Source: Alphaproteobacteria bacterium (GTDB taxonomy: Bacteria > Pseudomonadota > Alphaproteobacteria > UBA828). From it: 64,000 bases of DNA. Position numbers and translations under genes: made by a program. Within the stretch, counting starts at the first letter, position 1, and the number at the start of each line of letters is the position of its first letter. Under the pieces are notes generated by a model that was not told the DNA's origin, did not search any database, and saw nothing but the letters and a program-made list of their open reading frames with translations. Positions 10,275-21,791 of this stretch are shown piece by piece. The DNA is taken from NCBI GenBank assembly GCA_965221125.1, contig CBDCRW010000004.1, forward strand, positions 928,001 through 992,000. The letters are read 5' to 3'.

Positions 10275-10904
10275 ATGACCGAGAACAGCGCCACGCCCGC
10301 GGCGAGAGAGCAGCGCCACCTCGTCCGCCGCGTCTACGACTGGGCGATCGAGAGCGCGGGCACGCGCCGCGCCGTCTGGGTGCTGGCGGGGCTCTGCTAC
10401 CTGCAGAGCCTGTTCCTGCCGGTGCCGCCGGACCTGCTGCTCATCCCGATGGTGCTGGCGAAGCGCGCCAAGGCGTGGTTCTTCGCCGGCATCGCCACGG
10501 TGTCGTCGGTCGCTGGCGGGCTCACCGGCTACATGATCGGCTACTTTCTCTACGACTGGCTGGGCGAGCCCCTGCTGGCGCTCTCCGGCCACTCCGGCGA
10601 CCTCACGACCTTCTACGAGTACCGCGACAGGTGGGGCGTCTGGTTCGTCGCCGCCGGCGCGCTCACGCCGCTGCCCTACAAGCTGGTCGCCATCGCGAGC
10701 GGCGCCGCCGGGCTCGAGGTGGGTGCCTTCATCCTGGCTTCGCTCGTTGCCAGGGGCATGCGCTTCTACGTCGAGGCCGGGATGCTCTGGTATCTCGGCC
10801 CCAGGGCGCGGCGGCTGATCGAGCACCGCTATGGCGCGGCGCTGGTGATCGGGGTTGCCGCCGCCACCCTCGGCATCCTGGTGCTCATCCCCTTTTTGAC
10901 CTGA
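10275..10904 (+). CDS. YqaA/DedA family membrane protein
   Basis: FLPVPPDLLLIPM, SVAGG, LTPLPYK, RGMRF motifs. Confidence 0.85.
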   Translation: MTENSATPAAREQRHLVRRVYDWAIESAGTRRAVWVLAGLCYLQSLFLPVPPDLLLIPMVLAKRAKAWFFAGIATVSSVAGGLTGYMIGYFLYDWLGEPLLALSGHSGDLTTFYEYRDRWGVWFVAAGALTPLPYKLVAIASGAAGLEVGAFILASLVARGMRFYVEAGMLWYLGPRARRLIEHRYGAALVIGVAAATLGILVLIPFLT

Positions 10905-10940
10905 GGGAGCGCGCCCACGCCGGCGCGCGCCCGCGCGGGG

Positions 10941-11891
10941 TCAATCCGGCAGCGCGCGCAGGAGCGCCTTGACGACTTCCGCCGCGTTGCCGGCCGCGAG
11001 GCCCAAAAAAACCTCCATCTGGTTCGCGCCCTCGCCGCCGCCTGCGAGATCCGCCAGGCTGCGGACGGCGATGAAGGGCACGTCGTTGGCGTAAGCCACG
11101 TGGGCGACGGCGGCGCTCTCCATGTCGAGCACGCGCGCGCCGAAGGTCTCGAAGGCCCAGGTGCGGATGGCCGCGTTGTCGATGAAGGCGCCGCCCGAGA
11201 CGCCTGAGCCGCCGACGACGATGGTGGGCGCCTGCTCAAGGCACGTCTCTTCCGCCGTGCAGCGGGCGAGCGCCACATCGGCCGCCGCGCTGCCGGCGCT
11301 GGCGAGCAGGGCGTCGTCCACGGGGAACCAGAAGCGGGTCTCGGGCTGCTCGGCGTGCGCGCGGAGCACGGTGACCGAGCGCGGGAACATCATGCCGAAG
11401 TTCCCGTAGGGGTACTCGAAGAAGGGCATCGTCATCCAGCCGCCGTCCACCTCGCGGGCGAAGAGCATTTCCAGGTACTGCCCCCAGCGCTCCGCGATCA
11501 CCACGTCGCCGATGTTGAGGCCGGGGTCCACGCCGCCCGCGATGCCGGAGAACACGATGCGCTCCACGGCGAAGTGGTCGAGCGCGAGTTGCACCGTCAT
11601 CGCCGCGTTGACGACGCTGATGCCGCTCAGGAAGAGGACCACGTCCTGCCCCTCCAAGGTGCCGGTGGTGAAGGCGACGCCGTTCACCGCGTGCGACGAC
11701 GCGCCGTCCAGCTCCGCCTGGAGAATTCCGAGTTCCGGCGCGAAGGCGGAGACCACGGCGGTGCGCCGGGTCTCGTCGCGGATCGCGTGCGCGTCTGCCG
11801 GCGCGGGCGCGACGGCGGCGAGCAGCAGCGCGGCGGCGAGGGCCGCGATCAGGGTCCGAGCCGTGCGCGGCATGAGCGAGAGGAGGATCAT
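10941..11891 (-). CDS. secreted MTA/SAH nucleosidase-like protein (PNP/UDP phosphorylase fold)
   Basis: Signal peptide; LSGISVVNAA, FSGIAGG, LDMESAAVA, RSLADLAGG motifs. Confidence 0.85.
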   Translation of the reverse strand: MILLSLMPRTARTLIAALAAALLLAAVAPAPADAHAIRDETRRTAVVSAFAPELGILQAELDGASSHAVNGVAFTTGTLEGQDVVLFLSGISVVNAAMTVQLALDHFAVERIVFSGIAGGVDPGLNIGDVVIAERWGQYLEMLFAREVDGGWMTMPFFEYPYGNFGMMFPRSVTVLRAHAEQPETRFWFPVDDALLASAGSAAADVALARCTAEETCLEQAPTIVVGGSGVSGGAFIDNAAIRTWAFETFGARVLDMESAAVAHVAYANDVPFIAVRSLADLAGGGEGANQMEVFLGLAAGNAAEVVKALLRALPD

Positions 11892-11997
11892 CGTCGCGTG
11901 CTCCCTGATTTTCGAGAGGTCGTTGCGGGCGTCGGGCGGCGCGACCGTGACGCGAAACCGGCCGGTCCGCAATCGCGTCGTGCAGTCGCGATGCGCG

Positions 11998-13548
11998 TCA
12001 ATCCTCGCGCGTGATCCGCCCCTCGATCACGGGCGCGACCGTGCCGGCGGCTGTGATGTGGTCGATGAGCTGGCCCGCCATGAGTTTGCCGGACGCCGAA
12101 TCGATCAGCACCTCGCCGGCCTTGAACACGCGATAGTCGTCGCCGCCGCGCGCGAGGAAATCGTTGGTGGCGAGCGTGTACGTTGCGGTGTCCTCCAGCG
12201 GCGCGCCGCCCACCGTGACGCGCGTCACGCGTTCGCCCGGCGGCAGACGCGCGTCGAAGGCGAAGGCGAGGCCCGCGACCTGCGGAAAGCGGCCCGAGGG
12301 ATGCGGGGCCCGGCTCACGCCGTTCTCCAGCGCGCCCCGCACTTGCGCGCCGGTGAGGCGGAGCACCACGGTCTTGTTGCCGAAGGGCAGCTCGGTCAGC
12401 ACCATCTTGCGCGTGAGCCGGGTGCCTGGCGGGTAGACCGTGTCGCCCCGGATGCCGCCGCCGTTGCTGAGCGCGATGTCGCTGCCCGTGGCCTGGCGCA
12501 TGGCGTCGGCCAGCAGGTTGCCGAAGGCGGTCTCGCTCGCGCCGGAGAGGAAGCCGCGCGTGTCGAGCTCCGTGGCGGTCTCGCCCATCGCCACGTCCAG
12601 GGTTTCGTCGAGGCGCGCCTGATAGTCGCGCACCCTGGCGGCGAGCGCGGCGTCACCCTCTATGCCGGCGGTCGAGCGCAGGCGAAAGTCGGGCGTCCAG
12701 ACCACCCTGGGCGCGCCGCCGCGGCCCTCGATGCGCTCGATCGTGAGCGTGAGGACGCCGACGTGGCGGCCCTGGGCGCCGGCCTTCATCACCGCCTGGC
12801 GGCCGTCGTGGTTGGCGACGAGCAGATGATCGTGGCCGCCGAGCACCATGTCGATCCCGCGCACCGTGCGCAGCAGCTCGAGGTCCGCGCCGAGCCCCTG
12901 GTGGGTCAGCGCGATGACGATGTCGGCGCCGTCCGCTCTCAAGGACTCGGCCAGCCGGGCGCCCGCGTCTGCCACGGGCGCGAAGGAGACGTCTGGGCCG
13001 GGGCTCGAGATCACGGGTGTTTCCGGCGTGACGAGACCGAGGAAGCCGATGCGGTAGCCGTCCCTCTCCAGCATCGTCGTGGCCTGGGTGCCGGGGAAGC
13101 CCGCGCCCGCCATGCTCACGTTGCCCGCGAGCCACACCGTCTCGGATTCCGCGAGCCGCTGCTGCAGCACGTCCGGACCGAAGTCGAACTCGTGATTGCC
13201 GAGCACCGCCACGTCGAAGCCAAGGGCGTTGGCGAGGTCGATCATGTGCGCGCCCTTGTCGATGCCCGAGAGCACGGAGGGCGAGATCATGTCGCCGCCG
13301 AAGGTGAGCACGGCATGGGCGCCCTCGGTTGCGGCCCGTGCGCGCTCTTCCGCCGCGACGGCGGCGATCTTCGCCGCGCCGCCCGCGCCCTTGATGCCCG
13401 CCATCTGGTCCCAGTCGTTGACGTGAACGAGCGTGAGCCGGAGCTGCGCCGCCTCGGCGGGCGGGGTCGGCGCCGCGAGCGTCACGGCGGCCAGGACGGC
13501 GAGCAATGGCGCGACTGCCAACGCCCTCAAATGGTGGATCGTTCTCAT
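11998..13548 (-). CDS. periplasmic 5'-nucleotidase / UDP-sugar hydrolase
   Basis: HVND, GGD, LGNHEFDFG, GGHDH, NGGGIR, LPFGN, F-x-x-x-GGDDY motifs; signal peptide. Confidence 0.9.
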   Translation of the reverse strand: MRTIHHLRALAVAPLLAVLAAVTLAAPTPPAEAAQLRLTLVHVNDWDQMAGIKGAGGAAKIAAVAAEERARAATEGAHAVLTFGGDMISPSVLSGIDKGAHMIDLANALGFDVAVLGNHEFDFGPDVLQQRLAESETVWLAGNVSMAGAGFPGTQATTMLERDGYRIGFLGLVTPETPVISSPGPDVSFAPVADAGARLAESLRADGADIVIALTHQGLGADLELLRTVRGIDMVLGGHDHLLVANHDGRQAVMKAGAQGRHVGVLTLTIERIEGRGGAPRVVWTPDFRLRSTAGIEGDAALAARVRDYQARLDETLDVAMGETATELDTRGFLSGASETAFGNLLADAMRQATGSDIALSNGGGIRGDTVYPPGTRLTRKMVLTELPFGNKTVVLRLTGAQVRGALENGVSRAPHPSGRFPQVAGLAFAFDARLPPGERVTRVTVGGAPLEDTATYTLATNDFLARGGDDYRVFKAGEVLIDSASGKLMAGQLIDHITAAGTVAPVIEGRITRED

Positions 13549-13648
13549 GGGCTGCCCTCGCGTAACCCATCGGTGACGGACGCCAAGGGTGACGGAGCCC
13601 GCCGGCGCTGTCACGCTGCCGTTCAAGGTGAGTGCAGCCGAGGCCCCG

Positions 13649-14602
13649 ATGCCCCTCTTCCACACCCATATCGTCGTCGACTGGTCGGCGCGGTCGAAGC
13701 CGAGTCCGAAGAAGCCCACCAGGGACTCGATCTGGTGGGCGGTGGCGCGCATCGCGGGCGGAGTCGACGTTGAAGAGCCGCAGTATGCGCGTACCCGGCA
13801 TGAGGCGCTGGACCGGCTTGGCCGGCTGATCGCCAGCGAGGTGGATGCCGGTCGGCGCGTGCTGGTGGGGTTCGACTTTCCCTTCGGCTATCCGAAGGGT
13901 GTGGCCAAGCACCTTGCGGGCCGGGCGTCGGCCTTGGCGCTCTGGGACTGGCTGGCGACGGAAATCGAGGACGCGCCCGATAACGGCAACAACCGCTACA
14001 AGGTCGCGGAGGCAATCAACGAAAAATATCAAGGTGTCGTCGGTCCATGTTGGGGCCGCCCGGCCAAGTGGAATCACCCAACCATTCCGCTGAAGAAATC
14101 GGAGCGCACATGCCGGGAACCACACCCGTTGGAGCGGCGCATCTGCGACGTCCGTGCCAAGGGTGCCAAGACAGTCTGGCAGCTGGCCTACGCCGGCTCC
14201 GTCGGCTCGCAGATGCTGCTGGGCCTGCCCGCCCTCAAGTGCCTGAAGGCCGACCGGCGCATCGCGAACCGCGCGATGGTGTGGCCCTTCGAGACCGGCT
14301 TGCGAACGCCCGACGCGCCGGCGGTGATCGCCGAGGTCTACCCCTCGCTTCTCAGGGACGAGGTTCGCGCGCGCCGGGGCGAGGGCGAAATCCTGGACAG
14401 CGCGCAAGTGCGCGTGAATGCGGACGCCTTCGCCCGGCTGGACGCCGGCGGCGGGCTCGCGCCCCTCTTCGCCGGCGCACCCGGCCTCACGCACGAGGAG
14501 CGCCGGATCGTGGAGACGGAGGAAGCCTGGATCCTCGGCCTCGGCCACGCAGAAGCGCTCAAGGGCGCGCTCCCGCCGGCCCGACTTCGTCCCGAGAGTT
14601 GA
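13649..14602 (+). CDS. DUF429-like / RNase H-fold protein
   Basis: VVDWSA, LVGFDFPFGYP, GSVGSQ, WPFETG, AEVYPS, EEAWILG motifs. Confidence 0.65.
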   Translation: MPLFHTHIVVDWSARSKPSPKKPTRDSIWWAVARIAGGVDVEEPQYARTRHEALDRLGRLIASEVDAGRRVLVGFDFPFGYPKGVAKHLAGRASALALWDWLATEIEDAPDNGNNRYKVAEAINEKYQGVVGPCWGRPAKWNHPTIPLKKSERTCREPHPLERRICDVRAKGAKTVWQLAYAGSVGSQMLLGLPALKCLKADRRIANRAMVWPFETGLRTPDAPAVIAEVYPSLLRDEVRARRGEGEILDSAQVRVNADAFARLDAGGGLAPLFAGAPGLTHEERRIVETEEAWILGLGHAEALKGALPPARLRPES

Positions 14603-15006
14603 CATCGCTCGGCTGTGGAAAACTCTCAGGGTCCAGCGCTCCGTTCCGAGAGTTATTCGGCCTTCCGTATACTGGCAACGAGATGGTGGCATATGGATTG
14701 GTCTGACATTATCAATTGGTCAAACCACTGGACATCAATGACTAATTGGTCGAACCAATAAATGCTTATGCCACAATAACCTAATTCTATTTTGCATATA
14801 TATCAGAAGATTAGAGATAATCCAATATGCCATACGAGATATACCTTTAGGTCAACAAAGTATATTGATTCGGCAAAAATCTCCTGCGAAAGTCCCACGA
14901 CGTTTGGCTATACCCGGATTCGTAATATCGCAGTTCATCGAGCGTAGCGAGTCTAAAGAAGGATGTTGCAGTGCAAAAAGAATGCCTGCTGCAAGGAAAG
15001 AGACCG

Positions 15007-15102
15007 ATGTTCGAGTTGGAAGTATCCGCCCCGCTCGGGCGCGAGGAATCGGCAAGTGCATCGGGACGTATCCGCGCCCGTCGCGAGGAGGCGTTTCGAT
15101 GA
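15007..15102 (+). CDS. putative small protein (31 aa)
   Basis: AAGGAAAG upstream; MFELEVSAPLGREESASASGRIRARREEAFR*; ATGA overlap with the next sORF. Confidence 0.35.
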   Translation: MFELEVSAPLGREESASASGRIRARREEAFR

Positions 15103-15188
15103 TCTGGACAGTCGCCGTGGGTACGGCGTGGGTGGTGGGCGTAGGCCTCATGCTCGCGGCCTTCCTTCTCTCCGCAACGGGCGTGTAG
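15099..15188 (+). CDS. putative single-TM small protein (29 aa)
   Basis: GAGGAGG RBS; MIWTVAVGTAWVVGVGLMLAAFLLSATGV*. Confidence 0.45.
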   Translation: MIWTVAVGTAWVVGVGLMLAAFLLSATGV

Positions 15189-16010
15189 GCCGAGACGGCC
15201 GGCCTGAGACGATGCGCCCGGCGTCGAAACACGAATCGCGTGCTGAGGGGATGGGAACGTGTGCGCGCCCTTCAGCCTCCGTTTCTCGTCACGGTCATGG
15301 TCTGCGCACCTCCCTGGCGTTCGATCAGCTGCCCGCCTGTCCCTCCCTGCGGGTCGAGCAGCGCCGCGCAGACCATGACCGTGGCGAGAGGCGCGGAGTC
15401 ACATCACGAATGCGGGGACGAACGGTCCGAACGTCCCCGTTGGGTTCGGCAACGACGGCAGCGCGGATTCCCGCCCAGCCGGTTCGGGAAAGCAATGTTG
15501 GGCCGATGGAGGACGGCCGGGCGGCTACCCTTGCCCGAAGCGGCAGGCGTTCGGGGGTGGGCCCGCGCCGCTCGCAGCCAAGGCGGAACGGCACGTTTCG
15601 GTCGAGGTCTGGTCGGCCGCGCGCGTGCCGTCCGCCCGGCTGCCACTGAGCACGCAACCCTCCACCTCATTTTCCAGCACACGCGTGGGCTCGCGGGCGA
15701 GCGCCCGGCGCCTGAGGGATTAGAACCCCGGGCCGCAGGCCCGGACGGCGCGACCGCGCCGCGCGCCGAATGGCGCGTAGACTTGCGAGTATATGTATCT
15801 TTAAGTGTATGCGAGAGGACATAGAAGGACATTATATGAGCTTTGACAGTAGCTTGTCGGAATTATGCGTAGCTTTTCCCTTTTGCGAGACGACATAAGA
15901 TAACATTCAGTGCCTTTCACGTGTTGAGCAATGTGTTGACAGATCGACAGCCACATGGTCAAATCCCCCCATGAACACGAGTAACTCTTCGGTCCTCGGG
16001 TGATGGAGGG

Positions 16011-17399
16011 ATGATGGCGCCAGGCAAAGATGGCTGTGATCCTTGCAGATGGCCGGCTTCACGGTCGGTTCCGTCGCCTCCGTCATCGTCATCACCCGAC
16101 AACCGAAGGCTTTCGAACACGAAGCCCGGAAAACGCATCGCCAAGACCAAGATTACCATCAACAAGCGTGCCGTCGAGGCCCTCAAGCCCGGCGACAAGC
16201 CCTGGATCGCGTGGGACGACAGGCTCACAGGCTTCGGCGTCAGGGTGCACCCCACCGGCGCCAAGTCCTTCATCGTCAACTACCGTGCCGGTGACGGCGG
16301 CAGGAAGGCGCCGAACAAGCAGGTCGTGCTCGGTCGATATGGCAAGATCGCGCCCGGTCAGGCTAGGCGCTTGGCCCAGACCACCCTCGGCAAAGTGGCC
16401 AGCGGCGAGGACCCGGCTGAGGAACGTTCGCAGGCGCGAGGGATGCCGACCCTGGCGGATGCGCTCAAGGATTACCTGGGTGCCAATCCCAACCGCTCCG
16501 AGAGCACCAACAGGCTCTACCGCTACGAGGCCGAGCGCTATCTCGGCGACTGGCTCGGCCGCCCACTCGATTCCATCACGCGGCGCGAGGTGGAGGCGCG
16601 CTTCAACCGCATTACCGTGGACCACGGCTGGTCGCCGGCCAACCACGCGATGTCCCTGCTGCGTTCGGTCTACCGCCGTCCCTGCGTCGATCTCGAAGGT
16701 CTGCGCAACCCGGTCGACCTCTGGCTTGGCGCAGGCGGGAAGTTCCATCGCAAGACGCGACGCAAGATCTCCACGCCCGCCGAGGTGCTGCCCTGCTGGC
16801 GAACCGGCATCGAGGCCGAGGTCAAGATGCCGGCCATGAGTGACGCACTGTGGTTCGGGCTCTACACCGGCATGCGGCTGAGAGAAGTCCTGACACTGCG
16901 CTGGGAGAGAGTGGACATGGCGTCCCTCACCTTCCGCGTCGAGCAGACCAAGACCGGCGTCCCTCTCGAGCTTCCGATCACGCGGCAACTGGAACTCATC
17001 CTCGAGAGGCGCCGGGCGGCGAGGGCGGCGATGCCGGTCACCGTGCGGGACTGGGTGTTCCCTTCACCGGCCAGCAAGTCCGGGCATGTCGAGGACCCGC
17101 ACTATCTGTACCCGCGCATCACGAAGACGGGCGGTGCGAAGTTTTGGTTCCATGCGTTCCGTAACTGCTTCATCACGGTGGCCGAACGGGACTTGATGCT
17201 TCCCTCGCCGTTGACCAAGCGCCTTGTGAACCACGCCAGACCCAACGACGTGACGGAGGGCTACGCTGCGGACTGGACGATCGCCCAGCTGCGCGAGCCA
17301 GCTCAGAGGGTTGCCGATCGGATAGAAGCACTGATGAGCCATTTGCCGGAGGACACCGCCGAACAGGATGGGATTCCAGTCGGCGCCGGGGCTGGCTGA
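16011..17399 (+). CDS. tyrosine integrase with N-terminal arm-binding (DUF4102-like) domain
   Basis: WDDRLTGFGVRV...GAKSFIVNYR; catalytic residues R (TGMR), K (TKTG), HAFR, NH, Y (TEGY). Confidence 0.9.
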   Translation: MMAPGKDGCDPCRWPASRSVPSPPSSSSPDNRRLSNTKPGKRIAKTKITINKRAVEALKPGDKPWIAWDDRLTGFGVRVHPTGAKSFIVNYRAGDGGRKAPNKQVVLGRYGKIAPGQARRLAQTTLGKVASGEDPAEERSQARGMPTLADALKDYLGANPNRSESTNRLYRYEAERYLGDWLGRPLDSITRREVEARFNRITVDHGWSPANHAMSLLRSVYRRPCVDLEGLRNPVDLWLGAGGKFHRKTRRKISTPAEVLPCWRTGIEAEVKMPAMSDALWFGLYTGMRLREVLTLRWERVDMASLTFRVEQTKTGVPLELPITRQLELILERRRAARAAMPVTVRDWVFPSPASKSGHVEDPHYLYPRITKTGGAKFWFHAFRNCFITVAERDLMLPSPLTKRLVNHARPNDVTEGYAADWTIAQLREPAQRVADRIEALMSHLPEDTAEQDGIPVGAGAG

Positions 17400-17445
17400 G
17401 ACGCGGCCGGCAAGCAACGCATTTTCGATCGTCGCTCCCTCGCGG

Positions 17446-18898
17446 GATCGTGTCCCGAGGAGTGGTGTAAGAGCGTCGCGCTTTACGCGGCATCCGGCGG
17501 GTAGGGCCGGGTTATTCAGGCTGCCACAGCGGACAGCTTGATCGTGGGATTGTCGCTCAGGGGAGCGATCGATTCCAGCGTCATGTACCTCCTTCCGACG
17601 GTCCATTCGTCGTTCTGCTCGAGCAGCACGGCGCCGACGAGGCGGGTGATGGCGTCCTCGTTGGGGAAGATGCCGACGACGTTGGTGCGTCGCTTGATCT
17701 CGCCGTTGACGCGTTCGAGCGGGTTGGTCGAGTGAAGCTTGACCCGGTGCTCCTTGGGGAAGCTCATGTAGGCGAGGACGTCGTGCTGGGCCTCGTCCAT
17801 GAGGGCCGCCAGCTTGGAGGCCTTGGGCCTGAGCTGGTCGGCGATCAGGCGCCACTGGGCGGCAGCGGCCTCGGCATCGTCCTGGGCGAAGGCGGTGGCG
17901 ACGAAGGCGGAGACGACGCGCCGGCCCTGCTTGCCGGCATGGGCCAGCAGGTTGCGCATGAAGTGGACGCGGCATCTCTGCCAGGTGGCGCCGAGGATCC
18001 GGGTGGTGGCGGCCTTCAGGCCCTTGTGGTCGTCGGAGATCACCAGCTGCACGCCGCGCAGGCCGCGCCTGGTCAGCGAGCGCAGGAACTCGGTCCAGAA
18101 GGTCTCGGCCTCGGAGGCGCCGATCGCCATGCCGAGGATCTCGCGCCGGCCCTGGTCGTTGACCGCGACGGCCACGGTGACCGCGACCGGGACGATGCGC
18201 CCGGCCTCGCGCACCTTCACGTAAGTCGCATCCAGCCAGAGATAGGGCCAGTCGCCTTCGAGCGGGCGGTCGAGGAAGCTGCGGATCTTGTCGTCTATCT
18301 CCCCGCAAAGGCGCGAGACCTGGCTCTTCGATATCCCGCTCATGCCCATGGCCTGAACCAGTTCGTCGACCGAGCGGGTCGATACCCCCTGGATGTAGGC
18401 CTCCTGGATCACCGCCGTGAGCGCCTTCTCCGCCGTCCGTCGGGGCTCCAGGAAGCCGGGGAAGTAGCTCCCCTTCCTGAGCTTCGGAATCTTCAGGTCG
18501 ACCGTGCCGGCCCGGGTCTCCCAAGGCCGATCGCGGTAGCCGTTGCGCTGGTTGATCCGCTCCGGCGTCCGCGCGCCATGCTCGGCGCCGGTCAGGCCCT
18601 CGACTTCCAGCTCCATAAGGCGCTGCGCAGAGAAGGCGATCATCTCACGCAGCAGATCGGCGTCAGAGCTCTTCTCCAACAGCGTCCGCAGGGTAAGCTT
18701 GTCATCGGTCATCGTGGTTCTCCTTAGGCTCGGGTCGATTCGGATTCACCCAAACCCTAAACCGGAACCGCGATGGCCACCCCGCTGTGGATAACCGGCT
18801 TGGCGCCACCAGACTCGAGGGCGGTCGCGGCGCCAAGCCGGTTACCCACAGCTACCGGGGGTAGCGGGAGCTCCTACACCACGTCTGGGGACACAACC
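17446..18898 (-). mobile_element. IS256-family insertion sequence
   Basis: Imperfect IRs GATCGTGTCCCGAGGAGTGGTGTAAG / rc GGTTGTGTCCCCAGACGTGGTGTAGG; 8-bp TSD CCTCGCGG at 17438-17445 and 18899-18906. Confidence 0.95.
17516..18712 (-). CDS. IS256 family transposase
   Basis: [53 protein letters not shown] motifs. Confidence 0.95.
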   Translation of the reverse strand: MTDDKLTLRTLLEKSSDADLLREMIAFSAQRLMELEVEGLTGAEHGARTPERINQRNGYRDRPWETRAGTVDLKIPKLRKGSYFPGFLEPRRTAEKALTAVIQEAYIQGVSTRSVDELVQAMGMSGISKSQVSRLCGEIDDKIRSFLDRPLEGDWPYLWLDATYVKVREAGRIVPVAVTVAVAVNDQGRREILGMAIGASEAETFWTEFLRSLTRRGLRGVQLVISDDHKGLKAATTRILGATWQRCRVHFMRNLLAHAGKQGRRVVSAFVATAFAQDDAEAAAAQWRLIADQLRPKASKLAALMDEAQHDVLAYMSFPKEHRVKLHSTNPLERVNGEIKRRTNVVGIFPNEDAITRLVGAVLLEQNDEWTVGRRYMTLESIAPLSDNPTIKLSAVAA

Positions 18899-19211
18899 CC
18901 TCGCGGCTCAGTCCTGGATAGTCCTGGTCCGGGCGTGTTGGCGCTGTCGATCAACTCGCGACCGCGGTCTCCAACGAGGCGCTGTGTCGCGGCCGGGCGC
19001 ACATGAGCGCACGAAGTCTCGCGCATACGCCCTTGCAGAGAGGTGGCGGTGATCCGTCCCACGCGCCGAGCAGCTCTCGGGATGCGGCCAATGCATCGGC
19101 AGCGAGGATTACGGCCGGCATCGGCCACGACATCCGTTGCGGCAAAGACCGATCCTCCGACTCCTGAGCACCGGCAATCTCGGGAACGCGCGTTGTGGGG
19201 TGCTCTGAACA

Positions 19212-21417
19212 TCACGGCGTAGGGACACAGCGCTGCGGGAAGCGGCCCAGCCATTCGTTGAGCTTCGACCAGCGCCGCCGTCCCGAAACGTTGCGCACTG
19301 CAATGGCCACCGCCTTCTTCTGGCCCACCAGCACCACCAGCCGCTTGCCCCGCGTAACGCCTGTGTAAAGGAGATTCCGCCGTAGCATCGCGTAGTGCTG
19401 GGTCAGCACCGGGACGATCACCGCCGGGTACTCGGAACCCTGGCTTTTGTGCACGGTCGCGGCATAGGCCGGCACCAGCGTGTCGAGCTCGCCGAACCCG
19501 TAGACGTGATCGCTTCCCTCGAATTGCGCGGTGAGTTCTCCCGTTTCGGGTTCCACGTCGACGACGTGGCCGATGTCGCCGTTGTAGACCTCCTTGTCGT
19601 AGTCGTTCTCGATCTGCATCACCTTGTCGCCAAGCGCGAAGGTTCAGCCGAAGCGCTCGACCTTGCGTTCGCCGACAGGGTTGAGGGCGGACTGGAGCTC
19701 GATGTTGAGCGACCGCGCGCCCGCCCCACCACGGTTTATCGGGCACAGCACCTGGATGTCGCGGACCGGGTCGAGGCCGAAGCGCTTCGGGATGCGCGTC
19801 TTCACCAACTCGACGATCCTCGCGGCGGCGGTTTCCGGGCCGTCCACCGGCACGAAGTAGAAGTTGCTCTCGCCTTCCGGCCGGGATAGGTCGGGGATGG
19901 CGCCCCGGTTGATGCCGTGGGCCGTCGTGACGATCCGGCTCCGCGCTGCCTGACGGAAGACCTCGGTCAAGCGCACCACCGGAAACGCGCCGGAGGCGAT
20001 GATGTCCGCGAGTACCTGGCCGGGACCCACCGAGGGCAGCTGGTCGACGTCGCCCACGATCAGCGGCGCGGCCTCGTCGGGCACCGCAGCCAGCAGCGAG
20101 CGCATCAGCATGACGTCCACCATGGACGTCTCGTCGATCACCAGGAGACTGCAGTCGAGGGGGTTGTCCCCGTCGCGCCTGAAGCCGCCGTGCCTGGGAT
20201 CGACCTCGAGCAGGCGGTGGACGGTCTTCGCCTCCAGGCCGGTCGCCTCGCTCATGCGCTTCGCGGCGCGCCCGGTCGGCGCGCACAGGAGAAGCTCCAC
20301 GCCCTTGGCCGACAGGATGCGCAGGATGGCGTTGACGATCGTCGTTTTGCCCACTCCCGGCCCGCCGGTGACGACAGTGACCTTGGAGCGCCAGACGCAC
20401 CGCCTCGGCCTGACCGGCCGCCAGCGTGAGCCCCGTCATACGCTCGACCCACGGCAGCGCCTTGTCCGCGTCGATGTGGGGCCAGGGCAGCCTGCCCGCG
20501 GCGATGCTCGACAACCGCTCCGCGATCGCCTGTTCTGCCCGGTAGAGGCCGCCGAGGAAGATGCAGAGGGTGTCTTCCGCCGTGTCCGCGACCACGGTGC
20601 CTTCGGCCAACTCCAGATCGAGCGCGGTGCGGAGCGGGCCGTCGGACACTTCCAGAAGCCGGGATGCCAGCGATCCCAGCTCGTCCGCCGGCAGCCCGCA
20701 ATGCCCCTCGTCCATAGCCTCGGTCAGAGCATACGAGATGCCGGCGCGCACCCGGATCGTCGCCGTCTTCTCGATGCCGAGCTTCATCGCGATCGCGTCG
20801 GCCGTCTTGAATGCGATGCCGCGGATGTCTTGGGCGAACCGGTACGGGTTCTCCGTCATGACCTCGACCGCGTCGGCGCCGTAGGCCTTGAATATGCGCA
20901 CCGCACGCGCCGTGCCCACGCCGTGGCCGTGGAGGAACACCATGATGCGCACCACCTTCTGCTCCGCCCAGGCGTCGGTGATACGTCCGGCGCGCATCGG
21001 CCCGATGCCCGTCACCTCGCGCAGCCGACCGGGCTCCGCCTCGATGACGTCGAAGACCTTCTCGCCGAACGCGCGGACCAGCTTGCCGGCGTAGACCGGG
21101 CCGATGCCCCGGATCATGCCCGAGCCCAGGTACTTCTCGATGCCCTCCACGGACGACGGCGTGGAGGTGCGCACGAAGCGCGCCTTGAACTGGTGGCCGT
21201 GGGTGCGGTCGTTGATCCACTCGCCGGACGCTGTGATCCATTCCCCGGCCCCCACCATCGCGGCTTGGCCGACCACGGTGACGAGGTCGCGGTGGCCCCG
21301 CGCCTTGGTCCTGAGCACCCAGAAGCCGTTCTCGGGATTGTGGAAGGTGACACGCTCGACCAGGCCCGCCAGAACCTCGCGGTCCGGTGACGGCGCCGGC
21401 CGGACGCCCGGCTTCAC
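19212..21417 (-). pseudogene. recD2: RecD2-like ATP-dependent helicase, disrupted
   Basis: N-terminus VERVTFHNPENGF...YLGSGMIRGIGP. Frameshift near 20385 just before Walker A (TGGPGVGKT), in-frame TGA at 19644-19646 (FG*TF), C-terminus YAATVHKSQGSE...LLYTGVTRGK. Confidence 0.9.
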
Positions 21418-21791
21418 GATGTCCCGAGCGCGGGCGCGAACAGCAACTCCCTGAGCAGGCCCAGCTGCCGCGCACGCTCGGCGATCGCCTCCGGATCATA
21501 AATGCTCAGTTCGGGCTCTTCCGCCGCGGCCTCTTCCATGTCGTGCAACAACTGCTCGAACCGGGCGAAATTGTCCTGCATTTCCTCGGGTGTGAACATG
21601 CTCCGCAGCCTCGACACGAAACCGGGCAGCGCCTGCGGGAACTCGGGACGTTCCGCAGCCGCCTGCGCGAAGGTGACAAGCTTCTCGCCGACGACGTAGT
21701 AGAAGGCCGATTCGACTCCAAAACCGTGCATGATCTCCTCGGCTGCCTCGCACTGCTCCATCCAGATGTCCTGCCAGCGACGCTCGGTCAT
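21414..21791 (-). CDS. hypothetical protein coupled to recD2
   Basis: MTERRWQDIWMEQCEAA...; its stop overlaps the recD2 GTG start. Confidence 0.6.
   Translation of the reverse strand: MTERRWQDIWMEQCEAAEEIMHGFGVESAFYYVVGEKLVTFAQAAAERPEFPQALPGFVSRLRSMFTPEEMQDNFARFEQLLHDMEEAAAEEPELSIYDPEAIAERARQLGLLRELLFAPALGTS

Noticed and set aside
15700-15735. GGGATTAGAACCCC resembling a reverse tRNA T-arm (attL)
   Set aside because: No acceptor stem or cloverleaf, and no second copy found.
5826-15751. 16-bp direct repeat CAGGCCCGGACGGCGC at 5826 and 15736 as possible att sites
   Set aside because: Very GC-rich, so such matches are expected by chance in 64 kb; it also encloses ordinary host genes.
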